Assembly: GCF_009914755.1 (NCBI RefSeq)
Contig: NC_060932.1
Origin: the human T2T-CHM13v2.0 reference genome, Homo sapiens
Length of the DNA: 64,000 bases
Reading direction: 5' to 3' (one strand)
Of the stretch, positions 61,790-64,000 are shown piece by piece (positions within the stretch are counted from its first letter, which is position 1; every line of letters starts with the position of its first letter). The notes under the pieces were generated by a model, which was not told the DNA's origin, did not search any database, and was given only the letters and a program-made list of their open reading frames with translations. The translations under genes and the position numbers were made by a program.

Positions 61790-62265
61790 CATTAAACTAG
61801 GAGTGAAGAAGAAATTTCTTAAAAAGAACATTTACAAAAACCCTGCAGCTGACCTCATACTTAATGGTGAAAAACAAGATACTTTCTCCCTAAGGTTGGG
61901 AACAATGCAAGCACATTCCCTCTCATCACTTCTATTCACACTATACTAGAACACCTAGATAATGCAGTAAAACAAGCAAAGAAAAGAAAGGTGACTCATA
62001 ATGAGAAAGAAGATATCAAACTATTTCTGTTCACAAGCAAAATACAAACTTTAATAAAAGAAATCAACAATATTCTAAATAAACAAAGAGAAATTCCGTG
62101 TTCATACATAAGAAAAGCATATTTTCAGGATGTCAGTTCTTCCCACTTTGATCTATAGATCCAATGCCATCCCAATCAAAATTCCAACAAGTTACTCTGT
62201 TGATATTGATAAACTGATTCTGATGTTTATAAGGGGAGGCAAAAGACTCAAACTACCCAGCACAG
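61790..62265 (+). mobile_element. Old L1 ORF2 fragment
   Basis: KNIYKNPAADLILNGEKQDTFSLRLGT and MSVLPTLIYRSNAIPIKIP resemble L1 ORF2. Confidence 0.8.
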
Positions 62266-63239
62266 TAGTTTGTATAGAATTGTACCTCTCACTTAGCAGG
62301 TGTCCAATATTTGTTAACTATTTCGTCATACCTTTAGTAAAAATAAATGACTACAGTCATATGAATTTTTTTTTGTAATTTATGTGTGATGGGGTTAAGT
62401 GGGAAAAAAAAAACCAATTTATAATCTAGGTTGTAAGTAGTATTATCTGTTCCATGCCCTGACCCCCTTCCAAAGTGTGGTCTTAATGAGAATTATTTGG
62501 GTGAGATTTGCTACATCTAACAGATTCATGCTAAAACAGAAAGACAGCAAAACATGATACGAGAAGTGAAGATAAAGGACAACTTCAACTGACTAATAAG
62601 CTCTAAAATATTGACAATTTCTATTTCTCTACGGAAAACAACAAACATTGCTGACTTTGTGTTTAATTGTAATTTAAACTTACTACTTTTTCGTGTGCTG
62701 CCTAAAGCCCAGTTATATCTTGTCTTAATAATTTAATGCATTATAAAACCTACATCATTTTATACTTTGATAAACTGCTTGAAATTACATATTTCTCTCA
62801 AAGTCCAGTATAAGTACTTCACATGAACATTTTCATAAATCAGACATAATTACAATAATAAAATTGCTAATCTCTACCTTGTATTCATACTTTTGTTCAC
62901 TAATTCTGCTTCTTCCAGGCATATGCTATTTTCTTCATTGTATCACCAGGGCAGTGTGCATTAATACAACATGTTGGATGTTGGATAGTATCAACATGCT
63001 GTGCTGGAAAAAGGAGAATACTACCTATGGGGTCATAAGAAGGTGATTTACAACAGCAACATATTCTAATGTGTGTTTTAAGATATTGACCAAGTCTGGA
63101 ATAGACTTAAAAGTTGACAACACAATTTTAGTTTATTGTTTCCTAATTATAACGGCATTGTCAAGCCAATTGGAGGTTAGAATCTGAGACAGAAAAAGGA
63201 CATATTTCAAGAAGTAACCAATGAAAATACTGTTTACTA

Positions 63240-63480
63240 ATATTTACTGAAATGCTTACCTTGACCAGGCATTCTTCTGTATGATTTCCATACATTGACT
63301 ATTTAATTTTCACAGCAACTTTATGGGATAGGTTTTTTTAATTCGTATTTTGCACATAAGAAAATCAAGGTTGGGAGAGTTTCAGAAGCTTCATCAGAAA
63401 GTGGAGGAAGTGGAAAAGCTAATGTTGAAACCAGTTCATCTGAATTTTGGTTAATGCTCTCAACATCCATACTGTTCTTA
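63240..63480 (-). mobile_element. MIR
   Basis: atttactgaaatgcttacc..ttcacagcaactttatg..cgtattttgcacataagaaaatcaagg is the antisense MIR core. Confidence 0.65.
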
Positions 63481-64000
63481 AATGTTTCTCAAGATAAAGG
63501 ATGGCTGTGATCATTTGAAGTGAAAAAGAAGCAGTATTAGAAACAAATATATGTAAATAAACATTGTTTACCATTATATAGGAAAGTGTAGTCCAAACTG
63601 AGGATTTGTAACTTCAAGTTTATGCTGATGTCTTGTTTAGAGCCCAGACAACAAAAGAATACCGACACATTAACGGGATCTGAGTCTTGATAGTGGGTTT
63701 TTGTGCTCTAAAGATGGAACCCAAATATTTTAAAAGTTGAAGTGTTATTCACTCTAAGACACTTTGACTAATGTGACTAATGTGTCACCTAGAATATTTT
63801 ACCCTGCCTTCTAGGGCAAGGTTATTTTAAATGGAAATTTAAAAAATAGAACTATTACATAGACTGTGGAATTGGAGTAATGTAAACATTTTCCTGAGAT
63901 CAGAAATAAATGGGAATAGGCCTTGCATGACCTGACAGGCAAGAAAATAAAAATAAAAAATAAAAAGAAATAAATAAGGTGAGAGATGAGGATCCAATTT

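Overview
Primate (human-like) AT-rich, repeat-dense genomic DNA with no recognisable intact host gene, RNA gene or CRISPR array. It is dominated by four large retroelements: a two-LTR HERV-H provirus of the common deleted type (11645-18178, +); a two-LTR ERV9/LTR12 provirus only ~315 bp downstream in the same orientation (18494-27675, +), inserted into a MIR; a one-LTR MER4-group ERV1 remnant (~30915-35922, -); and a 5'-complete L1PA3/PA4-type LINE-1 with an 18-bp TSD and a microhomology-bounded in-frame ORF2 deletion (39726-44928, +). There are also solo LTRs (LTR8, THE1, MST, MLT, LTR1), 11 Alus, MER30 and MER2 DNA transposons and old L1/L2/MIR fragments. All retroviral and L1 ORFs are disrupted. 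Signals not explained by simple repeat annotation are a heavily decayed prothymosin-alpha-like retrocopy split by an MST LTR (~46870-47745, -), a ~95-bp tandem duplication with a fold-back templated junction (35352-35548), and an unusually CpG-preserved AluSp inserted at the TATA box of an LTR1. I find no evidence for a wholly new biological system. Subfamily names come from recalled consensus sequences and need RepeatMasker/Dfam confirmation.
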